From IMG/VR virus record IMGVR_UViG_3300023242_000003, positions 35,592-99,591 of that record: DNA of 64,000 nt, one strand, 5' to 3'. The stretch's first letter is position 1. Every line of letters begins with the position of its first letter. Origin of the DNA: a virus. Shown piece by piece: positions 1 through 10,643 of this stretch. The notes under the pieces are model-generated. The model had not been told where the DNA came from. It saw only the letters and a program-made list of their open reading frames with translations, and made no database searches. The position numbers were made by a program, and so were the translations under genes.

Positions 1-186
1 AATGTGGTTGAATTTACTGAAAATGAAGTTGTTAGACATAGGTTAACAAAATATTTTATAAACATTTTTGAACATAAAGACTACAAAAAAATTACGGTAC
101 CAAAACCATCATCAAGTAGAATAATTAAAAAATCTGGTTTTTTTAGTTTTTTAAACTTTTTAAAAAAAAAAATAGATAATTTATAA
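1..186 (+). CDS. phoH: PhoH-like protein, C-terminal fragment (gene starts before window)
   Basis: VEFTENEVVRHRL resembles the PhoH C-terminal motif F...D/E-V/I-VRH-L. Confidence 0.55.
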   Translation, partial: NVVEFTENEVVRHRLTKYFINIFEHKDYKKITVPKPSSSRIIKKSGFFSFLNFLKKKIDNL

Positions 187-228
187 AATTTACTTTACTT
201 ATTGATGACTATCCCGTAAATTGGTATC

Positions 229-837
229 ATGAAAATAGGTATAAGTATAAATGAGGTTTTAAGAGATTTTATCGGCCAATTGGTTTACACATATGATAAG
301 TATATTGGCGAAACTAATTTAACAGAAGAAGACGTTACTAATTTTAATTTAATAGAACATTTTAAATTCGATAACGTTAACAAACTTAATTCGTTTCTAT
401 ATTTAGAAGCACCTCTAGAAATTTTTGGTCATGCTGACCAAATGTCTGATGGTTTAATTAACCATTTTAATAATTTTATTATGGATATTGTCGATGATGA
501 TGAACACCAAGTTGAATTGGTGAGTCGTGAAATCGATAAAAGTATCCCGTCTACCTATTTCTTCTTATCTAAAACCAGCTGTAGAATCGGAAACATTAGA
601 TTCGTTAAACAAAACTCTGATGAATGGGGTGATTGTGACGTATTAATCACCGCCAACCCAGTAGCTTTAGAAAATAAACCTTCTGGTAAAATAAGCGTGA
701 AGGTCAACGCATCTTACAATAAAAAAGTTGCTTCTGATTATCAGATTGACTCAATTTTGGATTTTATTAACGATGAAGAACTTAGAAATAGGATTTTAAC
801 AACGACAACAATAACAACAACTTACGAAGAAATTTAA
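229..837 (+). CDS. HAD-like / 5'(3')-deoxyribonucleotidase-like protein (degenerate motif I)
   Basis: N-terminal MKIGISINEVLRDF resembles IGIDxDxVLxD but lacks the canonical Asp residues. Confidence 0.4.
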   Translation: MKIGISINEVLRDFIGQLVYTYDKYIGETNLTEEDVTNFNLIEHFKFDNVNKLNSFLYLEAPLEIFGHADQMSDGLINHFNNFIMDIVDDDEHQVELVSREIDKSIPSTYFFLSKTSCRIGNIRFVKQNSDEWGDCDVLITANPVALENKPSGKISVKVNASYNKKVASDYQIDSILDFINDEELRNRILTTTTITTTYEEI

Positions 838-841
838 AAAT

Positions 842-1195
842 ATGATTGAATTTGGAGGAATAATCTATCAACTAGATTTAGATGCTTTAAACGAAGCGAT
901 TAAAATAAAAGGTCAAAACTCTAAAGACATTGTTGAAAGAGTTGAAAAAACTTATACTAACGAAAAAGGTGAAGTTACTGGTGGTGAAATATTAGAAACG
1001 TTTAGAGGTCGTTTTCCTCTTTTAGATTCTAATAAATACGAAATAATAAGAATGTTAATTGATATTCTTATGGATGACGTAGATGAAGAACCAGACGATT
1101 CATTAGGTATTGAAAGAGCTTTAAGTAAAAAACCAGTATCGTATAGAATAGCATTCAACACGCTAAAAAATTATAAAATATTAAAAGAAATATAA
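842..1195 (+). CDS. hypothetical protein
   Basis: 117-aa ORF tightly packed in the + operon. Confidence 0.7.
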   Translation: MIEFGGIIYQLDLDALNEAIKIKGQNSKDIVERVEKTYTNEKGEVTGGEILETFRGRFPLLDSNKYEIIRMLIDILMDDVDEEPDDSLGIERALSKKPVSYRIAFNTLKNYKILKEI

Positions 1196-1214
1196 CAACC
1201 CAAAAACAAAAAAA

Positions 1215-2363
1215 ATGGAAGGACAAACAAAACAAATTGAAGAACAAATCGATAACGTTACCAAAGTAATCAAAAATTTAAAAAATAAAGATTTTAATGT
1301 TTATTTCTTTACTCTAGACACTAAAGGTAACCCTACAGCTGGTATCGCAAATATCTATGAGCATGTTAAAATGCTTAATGAATTAGGTTATAATGCCGCT
1401 ATTCTACACGAAAAAAACGATTATAAATTAAAAGCCGATGAAAATGGTCAAGGAATTAGTGAATGGTTAGGTGAAGAATATGCTTCATTACCACACATTT
1501 CAATTGAAGGGCAGAATTTAAATATTAGTCCAGCTGATATTATTGTCATACCAGAAATATTTTCAAATGTTATGGACCAAGTAAAAGGGTTCCCATGTAA
1601 AAAAGTTGTTTTCTCGCAAAGTTATGATTACTTATTGGAGTTATTACCTATCGGTAAAAGATGGAACACTGATTATGGTTTTAATGATGTAATAACGACT
1701 TCAGAAAAACAAGCTGATTATTTAAAATCACTATTCCCATCAATCAACACACAAGTTGTACCAGTATCAATACCCTCTTATTTTAAAGATAGTGATAAAC
1801 CTAAAATCCCAGTTGTGTCAATCCTTACCAGAAACCAAGGTGATGCGGCTAAAATTGCAAAATCATTTTATTTACAATACCCAATTTATAAATGGGTTAC
1901 TTTTAAAGAATTAAGGGGTTTGCCTAGACAACAATTCGCCACTGAATTAGCTAAATCTTGTTTAGCTGTATGGGTTGATGATACTTCTGGTTTTGGAACA
2001 TTCCCTTTAGAAGCTATTGAGTGTAACACAACGGTTATCGGTAAAATGCCTAATCTTATCCCAGAATGGATGGAAACTAAAGATGAAGAAGGTAATTTAG
2101 TTATCAATAATAATGGTGTTTGGACAAACACAACTATGAATATTCCAGAATTAATTGCAACCTATTTAAAAGTTTGGTTAGAAGACTCCGTACCAACTGA
2201 TTTGATTGAGGGAATTAAAGGCTCACAAGGTTTATACACAGAAGAAAAACAAAAAGATGCGTTATCTAAAGCGTATGATACTTTAACGAATAACAGAATC
2301 CTAGAAGTTCAAAATTCTTTAGCTAAATTAGAAGAAGCTAAAACACAAACAACTAACGTTTAA
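1215..2363 (+). CDS. glycosyltransferase, GT-B (GT4-like)
   Basis: AGIANIYEH N-terminal motif; SGFGTFPLEAIEC resembles the EGFG-P-LEA-x-C signature. Confidence 0.75.
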   Translation: MEGQTKQIEEQIDNVTKVIKNLKNKDFNVYFFTLDTKGNPTAGIANIYEHVKMLNELGYNAAILHEKNDYKLKADENGQGISEWLGEEYASLPHISIEGQNLNISPADIIVIPEIFSNVMDQVKGFPCKKVVFSQSYDYLLELLPIGKRWNTDYGFNDVITTSEKQADYLKSLFPSINTQVVPVSIPSYFKDSDKPKIPVVSILTRNQGDAAKIAKSFYLQYPIYKWVTFKELRGLPRQQFATELAKSCLAVWVDDTSGFGTFPLEAIECNTTVIGKMPNLIPEWMETKDEEGNLVINNNGVWTNTTMNIPELIATYLKVWLEDSVPTDLIEGIKGSQGLYTEEKQKDALSKAYDTLTNNRILEVQNSLAKLEEAKTQTTNV

Positions 2364-2388
2364 TTAAATATAAAATAAAAAAAGAAAA

Positions 2389-3186
2389 ATGGAAAAACAA
2401 ACACAAATAAGCGTTATCCTTCCAGTTCATGATTTGAACGAAGTAACAAAACCTATGTTTCAAAACGCAATCCAAAGCGTTACAAACCAAACAGTGCAAC
2501 CAGACAAATTAATTATTGTTGTACCTAAAGGAAGTGAAACAGCAAAATACATCAAATCTTTTGATTTTGGTGAAAATAAAAAATTAGTAGTTATCGCTGA
2601 AAATGATGGTGCTACTGATTTTGCCTCGCAAGTTAATTACGGTGTTTCCGTTACCAAAACAGAATGGTTCTCTATCTTAGAATTCGATGATGAATATGCT
2701 AAGATTTGGTTCAAAAATGTTGTTGAATACATAGATGCACATAGCAACGTTGATTTATTTTTACCAATTGTAATTGATGTAGATTCAGTAGGAAACTTTA
2801 TTGGTTTTACCAACGAAGCAGTTTGGGCCAACAGTTTTTCAGATGAGTTAGGTATTTTAGATAACAATGCATTATTAACCTATCAAAACTTTAATATTGA
2901 TGGAATGGTTATTAAAAAATCTACTTATGAAGAATTTGGTGGGTTTAAACCTAGTATTAAATTAACGTTTATCTATGAGTTTTTATTACGTATGACATTC
3001 AAGGATGTTAGGGTAATGGTTGTACCTAGATTTGGTTACAAACACGTAAACCAAAGACCAGGTTCTTTATTCTCATACTACAAAGAAACTCTAGACCCAA
3101 TTGAAGCTAAGTGGTGGTTATCAACAGCAAAAAAAGAATACTATTTTCCAAAAGATAGACAGATAACATACGATTCACAAAGTTAA
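2389..3186 (+). CDS. glycosyltransferase family 2 (GT-A)
   Basis: ISVILPVH, AIQSVTNQT, N-G-S...TEWFSILEFDD (DxD-like). Confidence 0.85.
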   Translation: MEKQTQISVILPVHDLNEVTKPMFQNAIQSVTNQTVQPDKLIIVVPKGSETAKYIKSFDFGENKKLVVIAENDGATDFASQVNYGVSVTKTEWFSILEFDDEYAKIWFKNVVEYIDAHSNVDLFLPIVIDVDSVGNFIGFTNEAVWANSFSDELGILDNNALLTYQNFNIDGMVIKKSTYEEFGGFKPSIKLTFIYEFLLRMTFKDVRVMVVPRFGYKHVNQRPGSLFSYYKETLDPIEAKWWLSTAKKEYYFPKDRQITYDSQS

Positions 3187-3189
3187 TAA

Positions 3190-3918
3190 ATGATTATAAA
3201 AAGAGGGCGTAAAAGAAAAAATGATATGTACTTTGGTCCAGAGGAAGAAGAAGCGGTCGTTAAATTTTTAGAGTCAGATAGTGAAACAGAAAGAAATGTT
3301 ATTTTTAATGAATGGTTAAAAGCGCCATTAGATAAGATGATTGAATCAATTATCAGAAGGTATAAATTATATAGAAAGGGTGAAACTTTTGAAGAACTTC
3401 ATGGTGACACCGTTTCTTTTCTGATAACTAAAGTGCATAAATTTGAAACTGGAAGAGGGAAAAAAGCTTATTCGTATTTTGGAACAATAGCCAAGAATTA
3501 TATTCTTGGGTTATTAATAAAAGATGAAAAATACATGAAACAGACATCATCTTATGAAGATATGTCGTCAAGTATAGAGGAAAGGTCAGATATGACTTAT
3601 GTTATTGATGGTGATGAGCTTATGATGGATAATTTTTTAAAAAAATTATCTAGTGGTATCCAAGAAGAAATGAACGATGAAAACCAACCACAAAAAAAGA
3701 AATTAAATGATAATGAAAGAAAAGTGGGGTTAGCTCTTATCGAAATTCTAGAAAACTGGGAAACAGCGTTTGAATCTATGGACGGTGGTTCTAAATATAA
3801 TAAAAATTCTGTTTTAGAAACCATGAGAAATTACACCAACTTATCGACAAAAGATATTAGATTGGCTATGAAAAGATATAAAGAGCTTTATGAGTTATTA
3901 AAACACCATGGTTTATAG
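3190..3918 (+). CDS. phage sigma factor, gp55-like late sigma
   Basis: HKFETGRGKKAYSYFGTIAKNY resembles sigma region 2 of T4 gp55-type factors. Confidence 0.6.
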   Translation: MIIKRGRKRKNDMYFGPEEEEAVVKFLESDSETERNVIFNEWLKAPLDKMIESIIRRYKLYRKGETFEELHGDTVSFLITKVHKFETGRGKKAYSYFGTIAKNYILGLLIKDEKYMKQTSSYEDMSSSIEERSDMTYVIDGDELMMDNFLKKLSSGIQEEMNDENQPQKKKLNDNERKVGLALIEILENWETAFESMDGGSKYNKNSVLETMRNYTNLSTKDIRLAMKRYKELYELLKHHGL

Positions 3919-3969
3919 AATTATTACGATAAAACCAAACTAACAGGTATTTATAGTAAAACAAAAATC

Positions 3970-4356
3970 ATGGGAAGAAAGAAAAAACAAGAAGTTAAAG
4001 TAAATAACAATGAATCGCTAGAGGGTTTAATGCAAGAAACCTATAACGATGCGTGTCTACAAATAAATGACGCTCAAAAAACAATCAATGAATTGTCAGC
4101 TAGCGCTACCCCAGTAGATATTGATGATTTAACTAAAGTAGCTAAAGAAAAAGGTGGTTTATTAAAAATAAAAGATTCAGCTATTAGGATAAAATTAGAA
4201 TTGGCTAAACTACAAAGCGATATCATCAAAAATAGAGGTGATGCTGAGGGTGCTATTTCTGAAAGAAGTAACGGTTCCGCATCTCTTAGTGATTTTAAAA
4301 CTATTCGTGAAATGTTGAAAAACAAAGGAATTGAAGAAGAAGAAGAAAACAAATAA
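3970..4356 (+). CDS. hypothetical coiled-coil protein
   Basis: 128-aa ORF preceded by TATTTAT motif. Confidence 0.7.
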   Translation: MGRKKKQEVKVNNNESLEGLMQETYNDACLQINDAQKTINELSASATPVDIDDLTKVAKEKGGLLKIKDSAIRIKLELAKLQSDIIKNRGDAEGAISERSNGSASLSDFKTIREMLKNKGIEEEEENK

Positions 4357-4405
4357 TAAATTAAACCCACTAACGTTTAGAAATTAGTTTTAATAAAAAA
4401 ACATT

Positions 4406-5827
4406 ATGAGTGTCTTAAATAAAAAAAGAAAAATCTTTGGAAATATTGCTGCCGCTAAGACTTTGACAGAATCGATGCCAAATTTAAAACTAAGCTCATC
4501 GTTTCCTTCGGTTAATAACAATGGGGATAGCATAACTTTCCTAACTGACCTAATCCAATCTTTGATTGGGTATGCTGCGTTAATAAAAGCATTGGTTGAC
4601 ACTCTAACCCACTCAATCGAAGAAATAGAAGTGGAGGTTAAAAAAGCACTTAAAACAGAATTAAAAAGTATTGTTAGTTGCGGTATAGACCCTAGTTTAC
4701 CAGCCTTTATTAAATCAAACACCACTACTGGTATAGTGATTGAAGTTAAAAAGATTGATTTTTTAGACCTAATGAAAGTTGACCCAACTAGTGTGTCTGG
4801 TAAATTAATGTATGACGACCCAACAGCTGGTCTGGCTTCAACAGACTTCAATACTTTTTTATATGCGGTTATACAAGATGATGGAAACACCCATACGTGG
4901 CAAAACATTATTGATTTTAAATTTGTTTCATTAGACCCTAATGGTGTCAACCCTAATAACTCGCTTATTATAAAAGCAAACCCAAGTTTTGATACAAAAA
5001 CGCTTAATGATTTAAACAATAATTTTGTTGATAGTCTTAACTTATTTAATTCTCAAGGGTTAATCAATAAAATAATCGATATTGTTTTTGGTTCTATATC
5101 ATTTAGTTTAGGTAAAAGTAGTAAACAATTAGAAGCCGAGGCGAAGATTAATAATGTAGTCGATAAAATAGTCAATACAGATGAAGGTCAAACTATTGGT
5201 GATAATTATTTTACTTTTGACAACCAAGAAATTTCTAAAATACAAAATGACGTTGATAATAGAAAAAAAGGTATTGTAAAAATTAAATCAGCAACAACAT
5301 TCGATGCCTCAATACCCGAAACTAATTTAACTAATTTTAATAATGATATGGGCACTGCGGTTACGGTTCAACAAAAAAAAGAAGTTTTAAATAGTCACTT
5401 GGATAAAATGGCTGACAAAACAACAATTAATTCGCCAAACCCACAAGATAAACAAACGATTAAATTAAATTTTATTCAAGGAATTATTAGTACTTTGATT
5501 AAAGGGATTGTAAGCGTTATTTTATCACCAAAGGTTGTTCTTATTTTTTTAGTTAATTTTAAAATAGTATACGGCCCAACAGTAACTTATACTGATGGTG
5601 TTGATTTTATTAAAAAAAACAAAGCTTTAGTTAAAAATATAATAAAAAGAATAACAACTATGATTATTGAAATGTTATTGGCAATTGCGTTGAAAAGAAT
5701 AGCGGAATTAATTGGTGAGGCACAAATAAAAAAACAAATTGATGTGTTAAAAAATAAAACCACTCAACTGCTAAGTTTAGTGGGCGTTTCGCAAGAAGCG
5801 ATTAGAAGAATAAAAGGTTTAGGATAA
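4406..5827 (+). CDS. hypothetical, probable virion structural protein
   Basis: 473-aa ORF in operon with baseplate spike gene. Confidence 0.55.
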   Translation: MSVLNKKRKIFGNIAAAKTLTESMPNLKLSSSFPSVNNNGDSITFLTDLIQSLIGYAALIKALVDTLTHSIEEIEVEVKKALKTELKSIVSCGIDPSLPAFIKSNTTTGIVIEVKKIDFLDLMKVDPTSVSGKLMYDDPTAGLASTDFNTFLYAVIQDDGNTHTWQNIIDFKFVSLDPNGVNPNNSLIIKANPSFDTKTLNDLNNNFVDSLNLFNSQGLINKIIDIVFGSISFSLGKSSKQLEAEAKINNVVDKIVNTDEGQTIGDNYFTFDNQEISKIQNDVDNRKKGIVKIKSATTFDASIPETNLTNFNNDMGTAVTVQQKKEVLNSHLDKMADKTTINSPNPQDKQTIKLNFIQGIISTLIKGIVSVILSPKVVLIFLVNFKIVYGPTVTYTDGVDFIKKNKALVKNIIKRITTMIIEMLLAIALKRIAELIGEAQIKKQIDVLKNKTTQLLSLVGVSQEAIRRIKGLG

Positions 5828-6279
5828 TGGCGTTTAATATAGATAAAAAAGAAGAAATAAAATCGATTAATTCTAGTTTCAATCTAGGTAGTATAAGTGG
5901 TGTTTTGAACCTTATTTTATCTGCTTTTTCAATACCAGATGAACCTGTTGTTCCATTACCACCACCACTTATATTGATTGGCGCTAAACTAAGACCTGGT
6001 GTTTCGGCAAGTGCAGTTGCTTCTAGAATAATTTCTAGGCAATCAGAAGCTGGAAGACAAGTCGGTGATGTGTTTGCTGATGGTCCTAATAACGAAGAAG
6101 CCATGGAACTTATTCGAATCGAAGAAATAATCAATGCCGTTTTAACCGAAGCTAAAATAGAGGTTGTAATCCCACCAGGCGTATCCGTTACCACTATTGG
6201 TGTTGGTAACTTAGGCGCACCAGTTATTTCAAAAGGTGCAACAACTACAATGGGTATAGGTGACGGTGTAATTAGATAA
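5827..6279 (+). CDS. hypothetical, probable baseplate-associated protein
   Basis: 150 aa, TAATG coupling to upstream gene, Gly-rich beta-like C-terminus. Confidence 0.55.
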   Translation: MAFNIDKKEEIKSINSSFNLGSISGVLNLILSAFSIPDEPVVPLPPPLILIGAKLRPGVSASAVASRIISRQSEAGRQVGDVFADGPNNEEAMELIRIEEIINAVLTEAKIEVVIPPGVSVTTIGVGNLGAPVISKGATTTMGIGDGVIR

Positions 6280-6290
6280 AACATAAAAAT

Positions 6291-6470
6291 ATGTATGAAG
6301 ATTTAAAAGAAAAATCAAACAATGAAATTTTGTTTGAGATAAAACAAATGGAGGCAGACCACGAAGCTATCAAATTAAAAATGTTGCAAGACTATGATAA
6401 ATTGGTTGAAATAGAAAAAAAATTTGATGTTGCAAATAAACTAATACTAAAGAGATTAAAAGGGGAATAA
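6291..6470 (+). CDS. small hypothetical coiled-coil protein (59 aa, not in ORF track)
   Basis: MYEDLKEKSNNEILFEIKQ...LKRLKGE fills the gap between neighbours. Confidence 0.65.
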   Translation: MYEDLKEKSNNEILFEIKQMEADHEAIKLKMLQDYDKLVEIEKKFDVANKLILKRLKGE

Positions 6471-6471
6471 T

Positions 6472-7449
6472 ATGTATTTTTTTGAAGGTACTAATAAATT
6501 AAATAGAGGCGAAAAAAGCGGATACGAAAACGTAAGTAGTTTTAAGTATTTAAAATATGGTGAAGTTATTTCTATCACAGATGAATTTGGTTTAGGTAGA
6601 ATAAAAGTTAGGGTAAAAGGTTCCCAATCAGTTGGGGGTGATGATGGTATATTAAATGCTGATTTACCTTACGCTACACCTATGTTACCTAAATTTTTAT
6701 CAACATACCCAAAAATAGGTGAAGCGGTTTGGGTTTTTGTTTTAGACAAAACCAAACAACAAGTTGATAGATTATATATTGGTCCAATAATCTCACAATT
6801 AGATAAATTAAATAGAGATAGCGGGTTAACAACAGCATTGGCTGGTTTCAGTTTTGGACCAATAGCTCCAAAAGTAAATATTGATACAATACCACAACTT
6901 AAAGGTGTATTTCCAGATTTAGAAGATATATCTATTCAAGGTAGGTTTAACACAGATATAACTCAGAAAAAAAATGAGATAGTTCTTAGGGCTGGTAAAT
7001 TTGAAAACACACCAGTATCGGCAAAAAACCCGTTTCCGTTTCAATTTAACACTAAAACTCAAGCGTTTATCCAAATTAAAAACGATGTTACGATAAATAA
7101 AGAAACACGTGAAAAGGGTACAATCACAAATATTGTCGCTAATAAAATTAATTTAATAACACATAAAGATGGTAGTCCTAGATTTAACGTAACTGACCAA
7201 AATAATTTGGTTAGTGAAGCCGAAATGATTAAAATTTTAGAAGAAGCACACCAGTTACCTTTTGGTGATGTTTTGATTGAATACCTTAAATTATTAAAAG
7301 AAGCTTTATTTTCTCACGTCCATAACGGTAATGGAAACCCAGCAACCGATTTAACAGCGTCTGGTAATAAACAAGCATTAGCTACTTTTAAATCTAAAGC
7401 CGAAGACTTAGAAAAATCAATGTTATCTAAAAACATTCGCATTAATTAA
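6472..7449 (+). CDS. baseplate spike/hub protein with gp5/VgrG-type OB fold
   Basis: GEVISITDEFGLGRIKVRV, P-IGEAVWV, YIG; C-terminal HVH typical of spike tips. Confidence 0.7.
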   Translation: MYFFEGTNKLNRGEKSGYENVSSFKYLKYGEVISITDEFGLGRIKVRVKGSQSVGGDDGILNADLPYATPMLPKFLSTYPKIGEAVWVFVLDKTKQQVDRLYIGPIISQLDKLNRDSGLTTALAGFSFGPIAPKVNIDTIPQLKGVFPDLEDISIQGRFNTDITQKKNEIVLRAGKFENTPVSAKNPFPFQFNTKTQAFIQIKNDVTINKETREKGTITNIVANKINLITHKDGSPRFNVTDQNNLVSEAEMIKILEEAHQLPFGDVLIEYLKLLKEALFSHVHNGNGNPATDLTASGNKQALATFKSKAEDLEKSMLSKNIRIN

Positions 7450-7480
7450 TCTTCTTAGATATTTATTAATAAAAGATAAA

Positions 7481-8887
7481 ATGGTAATACGAACATACTT
7501 CGATAAGAGCAACACTATCGTCAGCAATACTAACGTTAACACTGGGTTAAACCCAGTAACTGAACTATTCTATGGTGGCACTGACAGTCAACAACGATAT
7601 AGTAGATTTTTATTATACTTCGATGAAACTCGAATTAAAGAATTGTATACTGGCGATACATTTACGGATTTAACAAAATTAAAACATACTCTTAGAATGA
7701 CCAATACTGGTTCATTTGATAAAGAATTATTAAACAAAAATATGGGTTCAAAAGATAGAACAGCATCTTTTGATTTAATTGCTTTCAAGATTAATCAACC
7801 ATGGGATAACGGTGTTGGTTATGATTATGAGATACCCATATTAACTAACGGTGACGCATCATTTAATAATGGTGTTTCAAACTGGGTGAATGCAAGAACA
7901 GGTGTTGAATGGGCTAATGGGACTGGGGTTTATTCTGGTTCACCTTCTGGCATTACTGTTTCTACACAACATTTTGATAAAGGAAACGAAAATATTGAAA
8001 TGGATATAAGTGATTTCGTTAACGGAGTATTAACTGGTGATACTAATCATGGTTTAGGTATAGCATATTCTAGAGCTTACGAAGCAATAAACACTACCGA
8101 ATTACAATATGTTGGTTTCTTCACAAATAATACTCAAACATTCTACGAACCATTTATCGAAACAACTTATTCTAATCACATTAAAGATGATAGGAATGAT
8201 TTTTATTTGGATAAGAACAACAAATTATTTTTATATGTAAATTTAGCTGGTAACCCACATAACTTAGATTTTAAACCAACAGTAGATATATACGATAATA
8301 ACGATGTTTTATTTTCTGGTTTTTCGGATACTGAAGTAAATCATGTAACCAAAGGAGTTTACTCAATAGATTTATTGGTGCCAACCACTACTGAAAATAT
8401 AGAAACCATGTATACTGATACTTGGTCTAATATATATATTGATGGTGTTGCTAGACCAGATATTTCATTGGATTTTGTCGTTAAAGACTCTTTAGGGTAT
8501 TATAACATCGGTAACACTGATTATCTACCCAAAAAAGTTGGGTTGACTGTTTCTGGTGTTAAACATAATGAAAAAATTAAACGTGGTGATATAAGAAAAA
8601 TTTTAGTTTCTGCTAGAATACCTTATACTGTTGAACAAAATCAAAAAATAAGTGATTTAGAATATAGGTTATATGTTAAAGAAGGTTCAGCTGAATTAAC
8701 CGTTATAGATTTTCAACCAGTTGAAGCCACCCCAAACAATTATTATTTTTTAATAGATACTAGTAGTCTTATACCAAATATTTATTATTTAGATATAAAA
8801 GTTACATCTAACCTAGATGTGACTACGATTAAAGAAAATATTAAATTTGAGATTGTCAATCAAGTTGACCTTAGAAATTCTCAATAA
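7481..8887 (+). CDS. probable virion structural protein (beta-rich)
   Basis: 468 aa, Thr/Asn/Gly-rich, preceded by ATATTTAT motif. Confidence 0.5.
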   Translation: MVIRTYFDKSNTIVSNTNVNTGLNPVTELFYGGTDSQQRYSRFLLYFDETRIKELYTGDTFTDLTKLKHTLRMTNTGSFDKELLNKNMGSKDRTASFDLIAFKINQPWDNGVGYDYEIPILTNGDASFNNGVSNWVNARTGVEWANGTGVYSGSPSGITVSTQHFDKGNENIEMDISDFVNGVLTGDTNHGLGIAYSRAYEAINTTELQYVGFFTNNTQTFYEPFIETTYSNHIKDDRNDFYLDKNNKLFLYVNLAGNPHNLDFKPTVDIYDNNDVLFSGFSDTEVNHVTKGVYSIDLLVPTTTENIETMYTDTWSNIYIDGVARPDISLDFVVKDSLGYYNIGNTDYLPKKVGLTVSGVKHNEKIKRGDIRKILVSARIPYTVEQNQKISDLEYRLYVKEGSAELTVIDFQPVEATPNNYYFLIDTSSLIPNIYYLDIKVTSNLDVTTIKENIKFEIVNQVDLRNSQ

Positions 8888-8921
8888 AAGCTTGACAAAA
8901 AATAATTTTGTCGTATATTTA

Positions 8922-9963
8922 TTATTACGTTAACTCACGTATTAGTTTCGAGTCATTATTTGACTTTAGAGTTGTTAAAGCAACAAAGAAATTAGTACAA
9001 TAATAACAACTATTAAAAGTTAAATAAAATGAAAAAACAAATGATTAGTGGTCCGTCTAAAACGGTACCAACAGCAAACATTGCTGTAAACAAAAGTAGA
9101 ATAAAAGTCTACAACAAAGAAGGCGAAATGCCATCCTATTATCTTCAAAGCGGACAAGAGTTCCAAATTGAAATCTTTAACCCAACAACAGAAGTTGTGT
9201 TGGCAAAAATCACACTAAATAATAAATCCTTATCTCAAGGTGGGTTGGTATTAAATCCTGGCCAGAGAATATTCTTAGACCGTTACTTAGACGTTGCTAA
9301 AAAATTCTTGTTCGATACTTACGAAGTGTCAAACACTAGCGAAGTAAAAAAAGCCATAGAAAACAATGGTGACGTTAAGGTAGAATTTTTTAAAGAAAAA
9401 GTACAACAATACTATGGTGGCATACTAAAAAGACAAGGAAGCCGCACAATATTCGGTGGTCCAACGTTTACCACAAACACTGGTGGTTATGTTCACTATA
9501 GTACAACTAATGATATTGATGGTATGGGTTCTTTTACTTCACTAAATAGTAATTTTATCGGGTTAACGGCTCTTAATAGTTCAAGTATTGCCACGACAGA
9601 TTCGATAGATTTGTTAGCTCTAGGTGATGTAACTTACACACAAAGAACTGTACCCATCAAAGATAGTAAATTAAAACCGCTATCTAGTATTACTCGTTCA
9701 GCAAAAATAATTGAAACTGGTAGAGTTGAACAAGGTTCTAGTTCTGACCAAAAATTTAAAACGGTAAACAAAGAATTTGATTACTTTGCTTTCCATGTGG
9801 TAGAATATAAACTTCTTCCAGTATCACAAAAAATAAACACAGTCGAAGATTTAAACGTTAAAGTTTACTGTACAAACTGTGGTGCAAAATTAGGTAAAGG
9901 ACATAATTTCTGTTCTAGCTGTGGTACAAAAGCTTAAATAAAATATAAGAGTTAACGTAATAA
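8922..9963. repeat. perfect 15-bp inverted repeat bracketing gene 9029-9937
   Basis: TTATTACGTTAACTC (8922-8936) / GAGTTAACGTAATAA (9949-9963). Confidence 0.85.
9029..9937 (+). CDS. hypothetical protein with C-terminal zinc ribbon
   Basis: YCTNCG...FCSSCG at C-terminus. Confidence 0.75.
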   Translation: MKKQMISGPSKTVPTANIAVNKSRIKVYNKEGEMPSYYLQSGQEFQIEIFNPTTEVVLAKITLNNKSLSQGGLVLNPGQRIFLDRYLDVAKKFLFDTYEVSNTSEVKKAIENNGDVKVEFFKEKVQQYYGGILKRQGSRTIFGGPTFTTNTGGYVHYSTTNDIDGMGSFTSLNSNFIGLTALNSSSIATTDSIDLLALGDVTYTQRTVPIKDSKLKPLSSITRSAKIIETGRVEQGSSSDQKFKTVNKEFDYFAFHVVEYKLLPVSQKINTVEDLNVKVYCTNCGAKLGKGHNFCSSCGTKA

Positions 9964-9993
9964 AAAAAGCCTAGGTAATTCTAGGCTTTTTTT
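9962..9993. terminator. bidirectional intrinsic terminator
   Basis: A7-GCCTAG-gtaatt-CTAGGC-T-run between convergent genes. Confidence 0.85.
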
Positions 9994-9995
9994 AT

Positions 9996-10643
9996 TTAAT
10001 CTAGTTTAATTATCGTTTTGTTTAGTTTGAATACGTCATTTAATTCTTTTACTGTAGTTTTGGTTATTAACCCATTTATATTAGAACCAATCCAACAGAA
10101 TACTTTTTCATCAATATAAACGACTTTGAAGAACGACATAGGGATTGGTATTTTTGATTTACCCATGTATGTGGTCTTTTTACCGTCATAGATGACTCCT
10201 GTGACAATAATAGCGTCTTTCTTGTACTTGGCTATAGAATCTTCAACAGAACGTTCTATTTGGGCCCATTTACCTCTATTAAAAGCTGCTAGTTGTGGCG
10301 CTGCATTAAATAAACTAAAAGACCTATGGTTTAATTCATTATTATAAGAAGTAATATGTGATGGTGTTAAGTGTCCAATATCATAACCAGTTCTTAAATA
10401 ATAATCTTTTGTATATTTTCCTTTGTAGGTGTCTTGAAACCATCTATTGTCTCTTTCTTTATCTAATTTTAAAAAGTCAGAATAAGTTATCACATGTTTA
10501 GAGGCTAAAGCGCATGTGTCTTTTGTTAGATATAAAGTAATATCTCCATGTGAGATGGTTAATTTATTATCTATCGTAATTGTTTGACCAATCGAAACTA
10601 TGGATACCAGACCTAACCCCAATATTAATAATTTTTTAACCAT
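9996..10643 (-). CDS. DNA/RNA non-specific endonuclease with signal peptide
   Basis: YDIGHL (DxGH), NAAPQ...FNRGKW; hydrophobic N-terminus. Confidence 0.85.
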   Translation of the reverse strand: MVKKLLILGLGLVSIVSIGQTITIDNKLTISHGDITLYLTKDTCALASKHVITYSDFLKLDKERDNRWFQDTYKGKYTKDYYLRTGYDIGHLTPSHITSYNNELNHRSFSLFNAAPQLAAFNRGKWAQIERSVEDSIAKYKKDAIIVTGVIYDGKKTTYMGKSKIPIPMSFFKVVYIDEKVFCWIGSNINGLITKTTVKELNDVFKLNKTIIKLD

